Under the pieces are notes generated by a model that saw only the letters and a program-made list of their open reading frames with translations, was not told the DNA's origin and searched no databases. Position numbers and translations under genes: made by a program. A stretch of 39,782 nt of DNA from a virus. Lineage: Duplodnaviria; Heunggongvirae; Uroviricota; Caudoviricetes. The DNA lies in the IMG/VR virus record IMGVR_UViG_2687453623_000005. One strand, 5' to 3'. Below, piece after piece: positions 18,798 to 29,159 of the stretch; position 1 is the stretch's first letter, and every line of letters begins with the position of its first letter.

Positions 18798-19292
18798 ATG
18801 AGTATGGTTGCCAGAACTAACCCCGGCCCCGCAGAGGACGACATCACCGACACCGATGATGGCGATACCCGTATTTCAGCGGGTGCATTCTGGCCGGATA
18901 TTGTGCTGCGCGAGCTGCGTCTGGCGGTACGACTGCCGGGCCGCGTGACCACCTCCCGCCTGCTGCATACCGCCACCGGGGCCATAGCACACGTTACCCG
19001 CGAGCTGGAAGCATGGCAGCAGGAACAACAGGCGGCTGGCTATCAGACGCTGGCCGATGTTCCGGCCCCTGTAATTAACGGAGAAAGCGTCAATCTCTGG
19101 CACTGGCGCAATGCTGTTTATACCGCCACACGCGCCCTGATTCTGGAGCGTTACCGCGATGCGGACACAACGGACAAGGGCGACCGCCGGGCGGACGCAC
19201 TGGATATACAGACATCGGATTTGTGGCGCGATGTGAGCTGGGCCATCTCTGACATTCTGGGACGACCGCGAATGTTTGCGGAGCTGTGCTGA
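18798..19292 (+). CDS. L: Head completion protein, P2 gpL-like
   Basis: Position after M; ATG at 18798 after CAGGAG. Confidence 0.8.
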   Translation: MSMVARTNPGPAEDDITDTDDGDTRISAGAFWPDIVLRELRLAVRLPGRVTTSRLLHTATGAIAHVTRELEAWQQEQQAAGYQTLADVPAPVINGESVNLWHWRNAVYTATRALILERYRDADTTDKGDRRADALDIQTSDLWRDVSWAISDILGRPRMFAELC

Positions 19293-19546
19293 TGAAAGTG
19301 AAGGCACTGGAAGGCGACACCGTGGATTCGCTCTGTTTCCGGTACTACGGCACGACACAGGGCGTCACCGAAAAGGTGCTGGATGCCAACCCCGGACTCT
19401 GTCAGCAGGTATTTCTGGACGCCGGGCAGGAAGTGGAGATGCCGGAGCCGGAGAAGAAGAAACGAGAAATGATTCAGTTGTGGGGGAGTAGCAGTGAGCA
19501 CCATTCAAACAGGGATCACAGAGCAGGTTATTGCGTGGCTCTTTGA
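19292..19546 (+). CDS. X: Tail protein X-like (LysM-type), 84 aa, C-terminally extended and overlapping the holin start by 53 nt
   Basis: LEGDTVDSLCFRYYG resembles P2 gpX. Start ATGA overlaps L stop. Confidence 0.75.
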   Translation: MKVKALEGDTVDSLCFRYYGTTQGVTEKVLDANPGLCQQVFLDAGQEVEMPEPEKKKREMIQLWGSSSEHHSNRDHRAGYCVAL

Positions 19547-19817
19547 CCACCTGCCAACGGTGTATGCAGTAGGCGCGGCGGTCAGCATTTCCGCGCTGAT
19601 GAGTCTTTATGACGGACGAACACTGGTTCAGACCGTAACGGGATCGCTGGCGTGCGGCGTTCTTGCCATGGCCGTGGCCGGGTCGCTGCGCTTCTTCGGG
19701 ATCCCTGAGGATGCAGTGACGTTTTTTGGTGCCTCAATCGGTTTTATGGGCGCAGAGAAAGCACGCGACAAGGTTATTGCAATATTTGATCGCAGGGTGA
19801 AGGAGAGGAACGAATGA
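19494..19817 (+). CDS. Putative holin, 107 aa, GTG start
   Basis: Hydrophobic segments; sits directly upstream of the endolysin; GGGGGAG ribosome-binding site. Confidence 0.65.
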   Translation: MSTIQTGITEQVIAWLFDHLPTVYAVGAAVSISALMSLYDGRTLVQTVTGSLACGVLAMAVAGSLRFFGIPEDAVTFFGASIGFMGAEKARDKVIAIFDRRVKERNE

Positions 19818-20206
19818 GCAACACATTTAAATTCAGCAGCCGGAGCGAAAAGAATTTGCAGGGTGTAAATCCTGATCTGGTGAAAGTGACCCGACGGGCG
19901 CTGGAAATCTCGGAAGTGGATTTTGGTATCACCGAAGGATTGCGCAGTCGTTATCGTCAGAAGCAGCTCGTGACCACAGGCAAGAGCCAGACCATGAACA
20001 GTCGCCATCTCACAGGGCATGCCGTGGATGTTGTGGCTTATGTCGGCAACCAGGTGTCATGGGAATGGCCGCTGTACGAAAAAATCGCAGCAGCATTCAG
20101 ACAGGCCAGCCAGGAACTGAATATTCCGGTGGAATGGGGCGGCGACTGGAAGACCCTGAAAGACGGACCGCATTTTCAGTTACCACACGGAGCCTATCCG
20201 GCATGA
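19814..20206 (+). CDS. Endolysin, L-alanyl-D-glutamate peptidase (M15 family, T5-endolysin-like)
   Basis: FKFSSRSEKNLQGVNPDL and SRHLTGHAVDV align with the phage T5 endolysin; not the P2 K-type lysozyme. Confidence 0.8.
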   Translation: MSNTFKFSSRSEKNLQGVNPDLVKVTRRALEISEVDFGITEGLRSRYRQKQLVTTGKSQTMNSRHLTGHAVDVVAYVGNQVSWEWPLYEKIAAAFRQASQELNIPVEWGGDWKTLKDGPHFQLPHGAYPA

Positions 20207-20598
20207 AGCTCTGGCCCACGCTTGGCGTCGCTTTCCTTCTGATTACATCCATGCGTCTGTCGTGGTCGCTGGGCCGGGAGAACGCCAGAAACGAAGCGCA
20301 GGCCAGCACCCTGAAAAGTACCGTCGACACACTGAATATCATCAGCGCCGGGGTACAGGATATGCAGCAGGTGCTGGCTCAGCTCCGCGCGGAAAATCAG
20401 CAACGCAATCAGGACGGAGAGGTAAGACGTGAACAGCTACGCAACGATATTGCAAAAGATGAATGCGCCCACGCTTTGCCTGACGCTCGTTTTACTGACA
20501 GGTTGCGCAGGCACGCAGAACGCGCCAGGGCCAGCGCCGTCAGTCCGGCTTATACCGCAGACGCTGACCATGCCGGTAACGCCTCCCCCCTTCCCTGA
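20203..20598 (+). CDS. Inner-membrane spanin (LysB/Rz-like)
   Basis: N-terminal TM helix followed by a coiled-coil-like region; ATGA overlap with endolysin stop. Confidence 0.65.
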   Translation: MKLWPTLGVAFLLITSMRLSWSLGRENARNEAQASTLKSTVDTLNIISAGVQDMQQVLAQLRAENQQRNQDGEVRREQLRNDIAKDECAHALPDARFTDRLRRHAERARASAVSPAYTADADHAGNASPLP

Positions 20599-20740
20599 CC
20601 CACCCACATGGGGAAACCTCGGAATATGGGGCGACCGCCTTCTGGATGCACTGGAAACCTGTAACGCGGATAAACGGGCCATTGCTGAACTGGATAAGAG
20701 AATAGCCGAACTGACACACCAGACGGGAGTAACACAATGA
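20459..20740 (+). CDS. Outer-membrane lipoprotein spanin (LysC/Rz1-like), embedded in and extending past the i-spanin gene
   Basis: Lipobox LLTGC after a signal peptide; proline-rich segment PVTPPPFPDPP. Confidence 0.65.
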   Translation: MNAPTLCLTLVLLTGCAGTQNAPGPAPSVRLIPQTLTMPVTPPPFPDPPTWGNLGIWGDRLLDALETCNADKRAIAELDKRIAELTHQTGVTQ

Positions 20741-22614
20741 CCAGTAAGAACTTTGCACTGATTACAGCCATGACACAGGCTGAACTGACTCAAAAGGTGA
20801 ATGAACATCTTGCGAAAGGGTGGCATCTTCAGGGGGAGACGCGGGTTGCCTACGAACCCGGCACCCCGTGGTATCTAATGCAGGCAATGGTGGCCGATGG
20901 CACTACAGACATCTCACCTGATTCCCCCCAGCACGGCAGCGTGCCGGAGTGGTATTACGTGGTGGTACTTGCTGGTCAATCCAATGCCATGTCATATGGT
21001 GAGGGAATGCCGCTGCCGGATTCTTACGATGCGCCCCACCCACGCATTAAGCAACTGGCCCGTCGCAACACAGTGACTCCCGGTGGTAAAGCATGCGCAT
21101 TTAACGACATCATTCCGGCAGACCACTGCCTGCATGATGTTCAGGATATGAGCGCACTGAATCACCCGAATGCAGACCTGAGCAAAGGGCAGTATGGCTG
21201 TGTCGGACAGGGCTTGCATATTGCCAAACGCCTGTTGCCTTACATTCCACAGAATGCCGGGATTTTACTGGTTCCATGCTGTCGTGGTGGTTCGGCATTC
21301 ACCCAGGGCGCGGAGGGGACATTCAGCGAGTCCACAGGAGCCAGTCAGGATTCGGCTCGCTGGGGTGTGGGTAAACCTTTATATCAGGACCTGATTTTGC
21401 GCACGAAGGCCGCATTGCAGAAAAACCCAAAAAACATGCTGCTGGCCGTATGCTGGATGCAGGGCGAATTTGACATGAGCGCCGCTACGTACTCACAGCA
21501 ACCTCCGCTGTTTACGGCCATGCTGAAACAGTTTCGTGCGGACATTACCGAGTTTAACACGCAGTGTCATGGAGGCAGAGCGGCAAGTGTGCCATGGATT
21601 TGTGGTGACACGACGTATTACTGGAAAAACACCTACGGCACGCAGTACGACACCATTTACGGGGCGTACAAAAACAGGGAGAGCGACAACGTTTTCTTTG
21701 TGCCGTTCCTGACCGATGGTAGTGGCAACAATACCTCCACCAACGCACCAACGGAAGATCCGGATGCTGCAAGTGAGGGATATTACGGTTCGGCATCCCG
21801 AACGAACAAAAACTGGGTATCATCAAATCGCCAGACGCATTTCAGCTCATGGGCGCGTCGTGGCATTATTCCCGATCGTATGGCAACCGCTATTCTGAAC
21901 GTAGCCGGTCGCACCTTAGCCTTCATCAGTGGTAAGGCACCGGAAATCAAACCCTCGCCCGGCGGCGACACGCCATCGGGGCCGTCTGAAGATGCATCCG
22001 TACGCACAATCTCCCTGTTGCCGACAGCCGGAGATGCTGCTGCGCAGGGCTGGAGCATTAAGAATGGCGGAATTCAGTTGTCAGAGGGTGTATTTAAGAT
22101 CACCAAGCAGAGCAATAAAGCCTGGTCCCTGACGCGCCCGGTGGATGACGCAGTCTCCCTGCTGACACGGGGTGGCAGACTGAGCTGTAAGTTTCGACTG
22201 TCAGGCGCACTGACCAACAATCAGTTCGGTCTGGGAATTTATCTGTATACCGATGTAGCGTTACCTGACGTCGTGGCGATGACCGGGACTGGTAACCCGT
22301 TCCTGATGTCGTTCTTCACCCAGACCACAGACGGCAAACTGAATCTGATGCATCACAAGAAAGCAGGAAACACAAAGTTGGGCGAGTTCGGGAATTACAG
22401 TAACGACTGGCAGACGCTGGAGCTGGTGTTCACCGCCGGCAGTGCCACGGTTACTCCGAAACTGAATGGAGTGGCTGGCCCGGCATTCCAGGTCATAAAA
22501 GACAGTCTGACACTGGGGCTGAATGCGCTGACGTTAACTGATATCACTAAAAATGCCGCGTACGGCGTCGATATCGGCAGCCTGGTGCTGGAAATCAATA
22601 ATCCCGCAGCATAA
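20737..22614 (+). CDS. DUF1737 + SASA-domain sialate O-acetylesterase (NanS-p-like moron), 625 aa
   Basis: VVVLAGQSNAMSYGEG matches the GQSNM esterase motif. N-terminal 50 aa resemble DUF1737. Confidence 0.75.
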   Translation: MTSKNFALITAMTQAELTQKVNEHLAKGWHLQGETRVAYEPGTPWYLMQAMVADGTTDISPDSPQHGSVPEWYYVVVLAGQSNAMSYGEGMPLPDSYDAPHPRIKQLARRNTVTPGGKACAFNDIIPADHCLHDVQDMSALNHPNADLSKGQYGCVGQGLHIAKRLLPYIPQNAGILLVPCCRGGSAFTQGAEGTFSESTGASQDSARWGVGKPLYQDLILRTKAALQKNPKNMLLAVCWMQGEFDMSAATYSQQPPLFTAMLKQFRADITEFNTQCHGGRAASVPWICGDTTYYWKNTYGTQYDTIYGAYKNRESDNVFFVPFLTDGSGNNTSTNAPTEDPDAASEGYYGSASRTNKNWVSSNRQTHFSSWARRGIIPDRMATAILNVAGRTLAFISGKAPEIKPSPGGDTPSGPSEDASVRTISLLPTAGDAAAQGWSIKNGGIQLSEGVFKITKQSNKAWSLTRPVDDAVSLLTRGGRLSCKFRLSGALTNNQFGLGIYLYTDVALPDVVAMTGTGNPFLMSFFTQTTDGKLNLMHHKKAGNTKLGEFGNYSNDWQTLELVFTAGSATVTPKLNGVAGPAFQVIKDSLTLGLNALTLTDITKNAAYGVDIGSLVLEINNPAA

Positions 22615-22637
22615 GGAAGAGCAGGAGAGCAAAACAG

Positions 22638-23105
22638 ATGCTTAAGACAAACAGTCTGCGAGAGTCCATGCTTCATGGGTGTCGGTGGTGCCAGGCTAAT
22701 CCCGAGAAATTCACCATTTTCGTGGAGAGCGGCAACATTGAAACGACCGGAGAAGCGCCCTCGTTTGTTTACCGCTATCAGATGGTGATGTTTGTCATGG
22801 ATTACGCCGGAGAGCTGGACGACCTCACGCTGCCGCTGCTGGCGTGGTTATCCGAAAATCAGCCACAGTTGTTGCTCAATCCGGAGCGTAATCAGGACAT
22901 CAAATTTTCTGCCGTTATCAATGACGATGACAGCGCCGATCTCCTGTTTACGCTCCCCCTGCGGGAACGCGTTCGCATCACGCGCAACAGTCAGGGCACA
23001 CCGCAGGCAGAACACCTGCCGGAGCCAAAACCCCGTCTGCCTTCTTCCGAAGGCGACTGGTCGCATGTATTCCAGGATGTGACGTGGGGTGAAAGCGATG
23101 GATAA
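22638..23105 (+). CDS. R: Tail completion protein, P2 gpR-like
   Basis: MLK..SLR N-terminus and LAWL.ENQP motif resemble P2 gpR. Confidence 0.8.
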   Translation: MLKTNSLRESMLHGCRWCQANPEKFTIFVESGNIETTGEAPSFVYRYQMVMFVMDYAGELDDLTLPLLAWLSENQPQLLLNPERNQDIKFSAVINDDDSADLLFTLPLRERVRITRNSQGTPQAEHLPEPKPRLPSSEGDWSHVFQDVTWGESDG

Positions 23106-23733
23106 GGCATTCACCCGCGTGGATGAAACCTTTGAGGCTATCCGCGACAGCCTGAATCAGCAGGCCATCAATAACATCGCCAGAAAGCTGGCACAGGATT
23201 TACGTCGCGCCCAGCAGGCACGTATCCGGTCACAAAAAGCGCCGGACGGGACCGAATGGACACCACGCAGACGCCGCGTAACCCGGATACAGGAGCGCAT
23301 TCGCTTTATCTGGAATAACGAAGCACGCACGCTGAAAAACTGGCATCACGACACAGGGAAATACGGGCGAACCATTACCGGGTGGGATGAGGATAAAAAC
23401 AATATCCGCACGTTTTACCGGGATGACATCGACCGTTTTCTGGAAATACGCACCCGGCGCATCAACCAGGACAGCACAAAGCGCGTCCCCATGTTCGTAA
23501 AACTGCGCACCGCCCGCTACCTGAAAGCCCGTGCAGATGCCTCCGGTGTGACGGTGGGTTACAGCGGCGTGGCCGCACGTATTGCACGCGTTCATCAGTT
23601 CGGTGAGCGCGATCAGGTTGCGCCGGGCATTTTCACCGATTACCCGGTACGTGAGCTGTTGGGTATCAGCCAGGCAGATGAGCGCCTGATTTATAACACG
23701 GTGCTGGGCCGGATTGCGGAGGCTGTACGGTGA
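23098..23733 (+). CDS. S: Tail completion protein, gpS-like (longer than P2 gpS)
   Basis: Synteny between R and V; overlapping start. Confidence 0.65.
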   Translation: MDKAFTRVDETFEAIRDSLNQQAINNIARKLAQDLRRAQQARIRSQKAPDGTEWTPRRRRVTRIQERIRFIWNNEARTLKNWHHDTGKYGRTITGWDEDKNNIRTFYRDDIDRFLEIRTRRINQDSTKRVPMFVKLRTARYLKARADASGVTVGYSGVAARIARVHQFGERDQVAPGIFTDYPVRELLGISQADERLIYNTVLGRIAEAVR

Positions 23734-24311
23734 GCGCAGAACTCATGCGACTGCTGAGCAACATCATCCGCACCGGGATCATCTCTGAAGTTGATGAGAA
23801 GTCCTGGCGCGTGCGCGTTCGCAGCGGCGAACTGGAAACAGGCTGGTTGCGCTGGAACACCACGCGCGCGGGAGCCTTCAATGTGTGGCTGCCGCCATCA
23901 CCAGGCGAACAGGTGGTAATTGCCTGCATTGGCGGCAACCCGGAAACCGCCATGATAATTGGCAGCCTGTGGAGTGATGCCAGTCCGGCCCCCGGCAAAA
24001 GCCTGAAAGAAATCGTGGTCAGCGCGCCGGATGGCGCGGTGTTCCGCTACGACGCAGACGCTGGCGCACTGAGCGCCAGCGGCATGAAAACAGCCACCCT
24101 GCAGGCATCCGTCAGCGTGACACTGGATACGCCCGTCGTGGAATGCACAAACCTTCTGAGAACGGCGACGCTTGACGTCACAAAAGAGGGAAAGATGAGC
24201 GGCAATATCACGCACAGCGGCGGCAATTTCACCTCAAACGGCATTACCGTGCATACGCATAAGCACGGTGGCGTTAAAGGTGGCAGCGATTCGACAGGAG
24301 GCCCGCAGTGA
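23730..24311 (+). CDS. V: Baseplate spike/assembly protein, P2 gpV-like
   Basis: Synteny, size, glycine-rich C-terminus. Confidence 0.85.
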   Translation: MSAELMRLLSNIIRTGIISEVDEKSWRVRVRSGELETGWLRWNTTRAGAFNVWLPPSPGEQVVIACIGGNPETAMIIGSLWSDASPAPGKSLKEIVVSAPDGAVFRYDADAGALSASGMKTATLQASVSVTLDTPVVECTNLLRTATLDVTKEGKMSGNITHSGGNFTSNGITVHTHKHGGVKGGSDSTGGPQ

Positions 24312-24658
24312 CAACCCGCTACACAGGAATGAACCCGGACGGGACGGGAAACCTGAACGATATGGAGCACCTGAAACAGTCAGTCAGGGACATCCTGATC
24401 ACCCCGCTGGCAAGCCGGGTTATGCGACGGGAATATGGCAGCCTTGTGCCTGATTTGATTGACGAACCCATGAATAACACCACGCGTCTGCAATGCATGA
24501 GTGCTGCCGTGATTGCGCTGACACGATGGGAACCCCGCATTGCCCTGGACGCCATCGACGTTGTCTGGAAGGCAGGAGGCCGCGCCGGGGTGACGCTGTC
24601 GGGCACTGTCATGCAGACCATGCAGAATGTTGAATTAACCATCACGCTGAGAGAGTAA
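24308..24658 (+). CDS. W: Baseplate wedge protein, P2 gpW-like (gp25-like)
   Basis: Size and synteny. Confidence 0.85.
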   Translation: MTTRYTGMNPDGTGNLNDMEHLKQSVRDILITPLASRVMRREYGSLVPDLIDEPMNNTTRLQCMSAAVIALTRWEPRIALDAIDVVWKAGGRAGVTLSGTVMQTMQNVELTITLRE

Positions 24659-24661
24659 ATC

Positions 24662-25558
24662 ATGCCTGCTGTTGATCTTTCCCAGTTACCGGAACCCGCC
24701 ATCATCGCGGAGCCTGATTTTGAGGCAATTCTGGCTGACACAAAGGCCATGATGATTGCGTCCTATCCTGCCGAACAGCGTGAAGCCGTCTCCGCCGCGC
24801 TGGAGCTGGAATCAGAACCCCTGAACGTTATCGCTCAAACCATGTCGTTTCGTGAAATGCTGTTACGCCAGCGGGTTAACGAGGGCGCACGCGCCTGCAT
24901 GTTAAGCCACGGTTCAGGGACAAACCTGGACAACCTCGCGGGCAATATGAACACAAAGCGCCTGGTTATCACTCCGGCAACGGATACCACCGACGCGGTG
25001 ATGGAGAGCGACACCTCGCTGAGACTGCGGGCGCAGCGGGCGTATGACGGCCTGAGTGTTGCTGGCCCGTCAGGTGCATACGAGTATTTTGCACGCAGCG
25101 CCAGCGGTCTGGTGCGTGATGCGCGGGCCATCAGCCCGTCTCCGGCCTGTGTGACGGTTTCCATTCTGTCCACTGAAGGCGACGGCACAGCAACGGAGGC
25201 GTTGCTTAATACCGTTCGCGCCGTTCTGAATGCAGAGGATACCCGCCCGGTGGCCGACCGACTGACCGTACAGAGCGCCAGCATCGTGACATGGCGGCTG
25301 AATGCAAAACTGTACTTTTACCCCGGCCCGGAATCCGAACCTATTCTGGCTGCGGCTGAATCGTCGTTCAGGAAGTGGCTGGCTGAGCAGGGGCTTATTG
25401 GTCAGGACGTGGCGTTGTCAGCCATTGCTGCCGCACTTCATGTGCACGGCGTGCAACGCGTGGAGATAATCGAACCCACACAGAATATGGCCATCAGCGA
25501 CATACAGGCGGCGCGCTGTGAGTCATTCACCATCAGCGAAGGTGGGCGTAATGAGTAA
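24662..25558 (+). CDS. J: Baseplate protein, P2 gpJ-like
   Basis: Size and synteny. Confidence 0.85.
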   Translation: MPAVDLSQLPEPAIIAEPDFEAILADTKAMMIASYPAEQREAVSAALELESEPLNVIAQTMSFREMLLRQRVNEGARACMLSHGSGTNLDNLAGNMNTKRLVITPATDTTDAVMESDTSLRLRAQRAYDGLSVAGPSGAYEYFARSASGLVRDARAISPSPACVTVSILSTEGDGTATEALLNTVRAVLNAEDTRPVADRLTVQSASIVTWRLNAKLYFYPGPESEPILAAAESSFRKWLAEQGLIGQDVALSAIAAALHVHGVQRVEIIEPTQNMAISDIQAARCESFTISEGGRNE

Positions 25559-26081
25559 TTCACTGTTACCGCCATCAGCCAGCAATTTCATGCGTTGCGC
25601 CGAAGCTGTCGGAGCGCGCATTACAGACATCCCGGTAGACCTCAACACGCTGTGGTCACCGGACACCTGCCCGGTGCATCTGCTGCCTTATCTCGCCTGG
25701 GCATTTTCCGTTGACCGCTGGGATCGCAACTGGCCGGAAGAGACAAAGCGACAGGTGATTCGTGATGCATGGCTGATACACCGACACAAAGGGACCATCA
25801 GCGCACTGCGCCGGGCCATTGAGCCGCTGGGATACCTCATTCGCGTGTCTGAGTGGTGGGAGTTCGGCGGAGAACCGGGAACATTTACCGTTGAAGTCGG
25901 CACGCTGGACAGTGGCGTGACGGAGGAAATGTATCTGGAAATGGAGCGGTTGATTGCTGATGCCCGCCCGGTCAGCCGCCACATGACAGGGCTGAATATC
26001 ATTCAGGAGATTCAGGGAGATATTTTCGCGGCGGCAGCAACTTACGACGGCGAAGTCATTACCATTTATCCGGACGATTAA
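25551..26081 (+). CDS. I: Baseplate protein, P2 gpI-like
   Basis: ATG at 25551 overlapping J stop; size matches P2 gpI. Confidence 0.8.
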   Translation: MSNSLLPPSASNFMRCAEAVGARITDIPVDLNTLWSPDTCPVHLLPYLAWAFSVDRWDRNWPEETKRQVIRDAWLIHRHKGTISALRRAIEPLGYLIRVSEWWEFGGEPGTFTVEVGTLDSGVTEEMYLEMERLIADARPVSRHMTGLNIIQEIQGDIFAAAATYDGEVITIYPDD

Positions 26082-26083
26082 GC

Positions 26084-28069
26084 ATGAGTACCACAACACG
26101 TAAATTTAAAACCGTTATCACCGATACGGGTGCCAAAAAATTAGCTCAGGCAGCCGCGCCAGATGGTAAGCCTGTCCGCCTGACTCATATGGCCGTGGGC
26201 GACGGTGGCGGCACGTTGCCCACACCAGACAGTAAGCAGACCCGTCTGGTGCATGAGGTGTGGCGACATACTGTTAATCGCGTCATCCTGGACGCAACAC
26301 ATCAGAACCGCATTATTGCGGAGCTGGTTATTCCTCCTGAAACGGGCGGATTCTGGATCCGGGAAATTGGTGTATTTGATGAGCACGGCGATTTAATCGC
26401 GGTGGGCAATACTGCCGAAAGTTACAAGCCAGCCGTTGCCGAAGGGTCCGGTCGTGCACAAACATTTCGCACCATTCTGACCGTATCCAGCACTGCCACC
26501 GTGGTGCTTACCGTGGATAACACCATGGTGATGGCCACAGTGGATTACGTGGATGACAAACTGAAAGAGCATGAACAGTCACGACGTCACCCGGACGCCT
26601 CGCTGACCGCAAAAGGCTTTGTTCAACTCAGTAGCGCCACTAACAGCGTGTCTGAAACGCAGGCTGCAACGCCGAAAGCAGTAAAGGCCGCGTATGACCT
26701 TGCTAACGGTAAATATACTGCGCAGGATGCCAGCACGACGCGAAAAGGCCTTGTCCAGCTCAGTAGCGCCACCAACAGCACGTCTGAAACGCAGGCTGCA
26801 ACGCCGAAAGCAGTAAAGGCCGCGTATGACCTTGCTAACGCAAAATATACCGCTCAGGACGCCACGACGGCACAAAAAGGGATAGTCCAGCTCAGTAGTG
26901 CCACCAACAGCACGTCTGAAACACTGGCCGCGACATCGAAAGCTGTTAAGGCGGTAATGGATGAAACGAACAAGAAAGCGCCCTTAAATAGTCCTGCACT
27001 GACCGGAACGCCAACAACACCAACTGCGCGACAGGGAACGAATAATACCCAAATCGCAAGCACGGCTTTCGTTATGGCTGCGATTGCCGCCCTTGTAGAT
27101 TCGTCACCTGATGCACTGAACACGCTGAACGAGCTGGCTGCGGCGCTGGGCAACGACCCGAATTTTGCGACCACCATGACTAACGCGCTTGCGGGTAAGC
27201 AACCGAAAGATGCCACCCTGACGGCGCTGGCCGGACTTACTACTGCGGCAGGCAAGTTTCCGTATTTTACGGGGAATGATGTCGCCAGCCTGGCAACCCT
27301 GACAAAAGTCGGGCGGGATATTCTTGCGAAATCGACCGTTGCTGCCGTTATCGAATACCTCGGTTTACGAGAACTCGGCACAAGCGGGGAGAAAATACCG
27401 TTACTCAGTACAGCGAATACCTGGACCAATCGACAAACATTCAGCGGTGGCCTTTCTGGGGAACTGTCCGGCAATGCCGCTACTGCAACAAAGCTGAAAA
27501 CAGCACGAAAAATTGCTGGAGTTGGTTTTGATGGTTCTAGCGATATTTCAATTAGTGCCAAAAATGTCAATGCATTTGCACTCCGACAAACAGGTAATAC
27601 TGTTAATGGTGATACATCCGTTGGATGGAATTGGGATAGTGGTGCATATAACGCCATGATTGGTGGTGCATCTGCATTAATTCTTCACTTTAATATAAAT
27701 GCTGGTAGCTGTCCTGCCGTACAATTCCGTGTGAATTATAAAAATGGTGGCATTTCCTACAGGTCGGCTCGTGATGGTTATGGGTTTGAATTAGGTTGGT
27801 CAGATTTCTATACCACGACACGAAAACCTTCAGCGGGAGATGTTGGTGCATATACGCGGACAGAATGTAACTCAAGGTTTATTACAGGTATTCGCCTTGG
27901 CGGTCTGTCATCTGTTCAGACATGGAATGGTCCCGGCTGGTCTGACAGGTCAGGTTATGTCGTTACGGGTTCAGTTAACGGAAACCGTGATGAATTAATT
28001 GATACAACACAGGCAAGGCCAATTCAGTATTGCATTAATGGGACGTGGTATAACGCGGGGAGTATTTAA
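26084..28069 (+). CDS. H: Tail fibre protein, P2 gpH-like, 661 aa; the C-terminal variable part lies inside the invertible segment
   Basis: Conserved N-terminus, internal repeats, AT-rich variable C-terminus. Confidence 0.9.
   Translation: MSTTTRKFKTVITDTGAKKLAQAAAPDGKPVRLTHMAVGDGGGTLPTPDSKQTRLVHEVWRHTVNRVILDATHQNRIIAELVIPPETGGFWIREIGVFDEHGDLIAVGNTAESYKPAVAEGSGRAQTFRTILTVSSTATVVLTVDNTMVMATVDYVDDKLKEHEQSRRHPDASLTAKGFVQLSSATNSVSETQAATPKAVKAAYDLANGKYTAQDASTTRKGLVQLSSATNSTSETQAATPKAVKAAYDLANAKYTAQDATTAQKGIVQLSSATNSTSETLAATSKAVKAVMDETNKKAPLNSPALTGTPTTPTARQGTNNTQIASTAFVMAAIAALVDSSPDALNTLNELAAALGNDPNFATTMTNALAGKQPKDATLTALAGLTTAAGKFPYFTGNDVASLATLTKVGRDILAKSTVAAVIEYLGLRELGTSGEKIPLLSTANTWTNRQTFSGGLSGELSGNAATATKLKTARKIAGVGFDGSSDISISAKNVNAFALRQTGNTVNGDTSVGWNWDSGAYNAMIGGASALILHFNINAGSCPAVQFRVNYKNGGISYRSARDGYGFELGWSDFYTTTRKPSAGDVGAYTRTECNSRFITGIRLGGLSSVQTWNGPGWSDRSGYVVTGSVNGNRDELIDTTQARPIQYCINGTWYNAGSI
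26612..26970 (+). repeat. Three tandem 132-bp (44-aa) repeats inside the tail-fibre gene
   Basis: Repeat starts at 26612, 26744 and 26876; third copy diverges. Confidence 0.8.
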
Positions 28070-28071
28070 CG

Positions 28072-28604
28072 ATGATGCACTTAAAAAACATTACTGCTGG
28101 CAACCCTAAAACAAAAGAGCAATACCAGCTAACAAAGCAATTTAACATCAAATGGCTTTATTCAGCTGATGGAAAAAACTGGTATGAGGAACAAAAGAAT
28201 TTCCAGCCAGACACTTTGAAAATGGTCTATGACCATAACGGCGTTATTATTTGTATTGAAAAGGATGTTTCAGCAATTAATCCGGAAGGCGCAAGCGTCG
28301 TTGAATTACCTGATATTACAGCAAATCGCCGGGCTGATATTTCGGGGAAATGGATGTTCAAAGATGGCGTAGTGGTAAAGCGAACTTATACCGAGGAAGA
28401 GCAGAGCAACAAGCGGAAAATGAAAAGCAGAGCCTGTTGCAACTTGTCAGGGATAAAACTCAGCTATGGGACTCACAGCTACGGCTGGGCATCATTTCCG
28501 ACGAGAATAAACAAAAATTAACCGAGTGGATGCTCTATGCGCAGAAAGTCGAATCCACAGACACCTCCAGCCTGCCAGTAACATTTCCCGAACAACCTGA
28601 ATGA
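28072..28604 (+). CDS. G: Tail fibre assembly protein (Tfa/gpG-like), interrupted by an apparent -1 frameshift near 28395..28410
   Basis: Track ORFs 28072..28521 and 28350..28604 together reproduce a full Tfa, judged by comparison with the minus-strand copy. Confidence 0.7.
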
Positions 28605-28632
28605 GACAAGGCCCGATAACGGGCCTTAATTT

Positions 28633-29159
28633 TTATTCAGGCTTTTGTGGCCATTCAGGATTTGCCGTATCCACACGGTTGACCAGAACACTGTAGCGTT
28701 CCCATGCTTCCAGTCGTGTGCGTTCCTCGTCTGTTGCCATATTCAGCCTGACAGCGCGTTCCAGCGGCTGGATGACTGATTCAGCTTCGGAAAGCAATGC
28801 GGCCTTTTGTGATTCGGCCTGTTGTTGCTGTTCGTCAGCCGTATAAATCCGTTTAACCACAGCTCCGTCCTTAAACATCCACTTACCGGAATCATCGGTC
28901 CGACGATTGGCCGTTATATCGGGAACCTCGACGACGCTAAAACCTTCGGGATTAAGCGTGGAGGCATCTCTGGTGATGGCGACAATAATATTATTTTCAT
29001 CGTAAACAATCTTTATGGTGTCTGGCTGAAAGTTTTTCACTTCCTCATACCAGTTTTTTCCGTCCTCAGAGTAAAGCCAGATAACTCCGTGTTTCTTTGT
29101 TAACTCATACTGTTCAGTGTTTTAGCATTACCCGCTTTTATGTTCTTTAAGTGCATCAT
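28633..29159 (-). pseudogene. Alternative tail fibre assembly gene (tfa'), frameshifted near its 5' end
   Basis: Reverse strand begins [14 protein letters not shown], then a stop; the out-of-frame continuation matches the plus-strand Tfa. Confidence 0.6.

Noticed and set aside
26612-26970. Tandem repeats considered as a possible CRISPR or minisatellite array
   Set aside because: The 132-bp units are in-frame coding repeats of the tail fibre shaft with no spacer structure and no cas genes.
26854-27657. 267-aa minus-strand ORF inside tail-fibre gene H
   Set aside because: Antisense to H; its apparent resemblance to 29815..30012 is explained by the inverted repeats of the invertible segment, not by coding.
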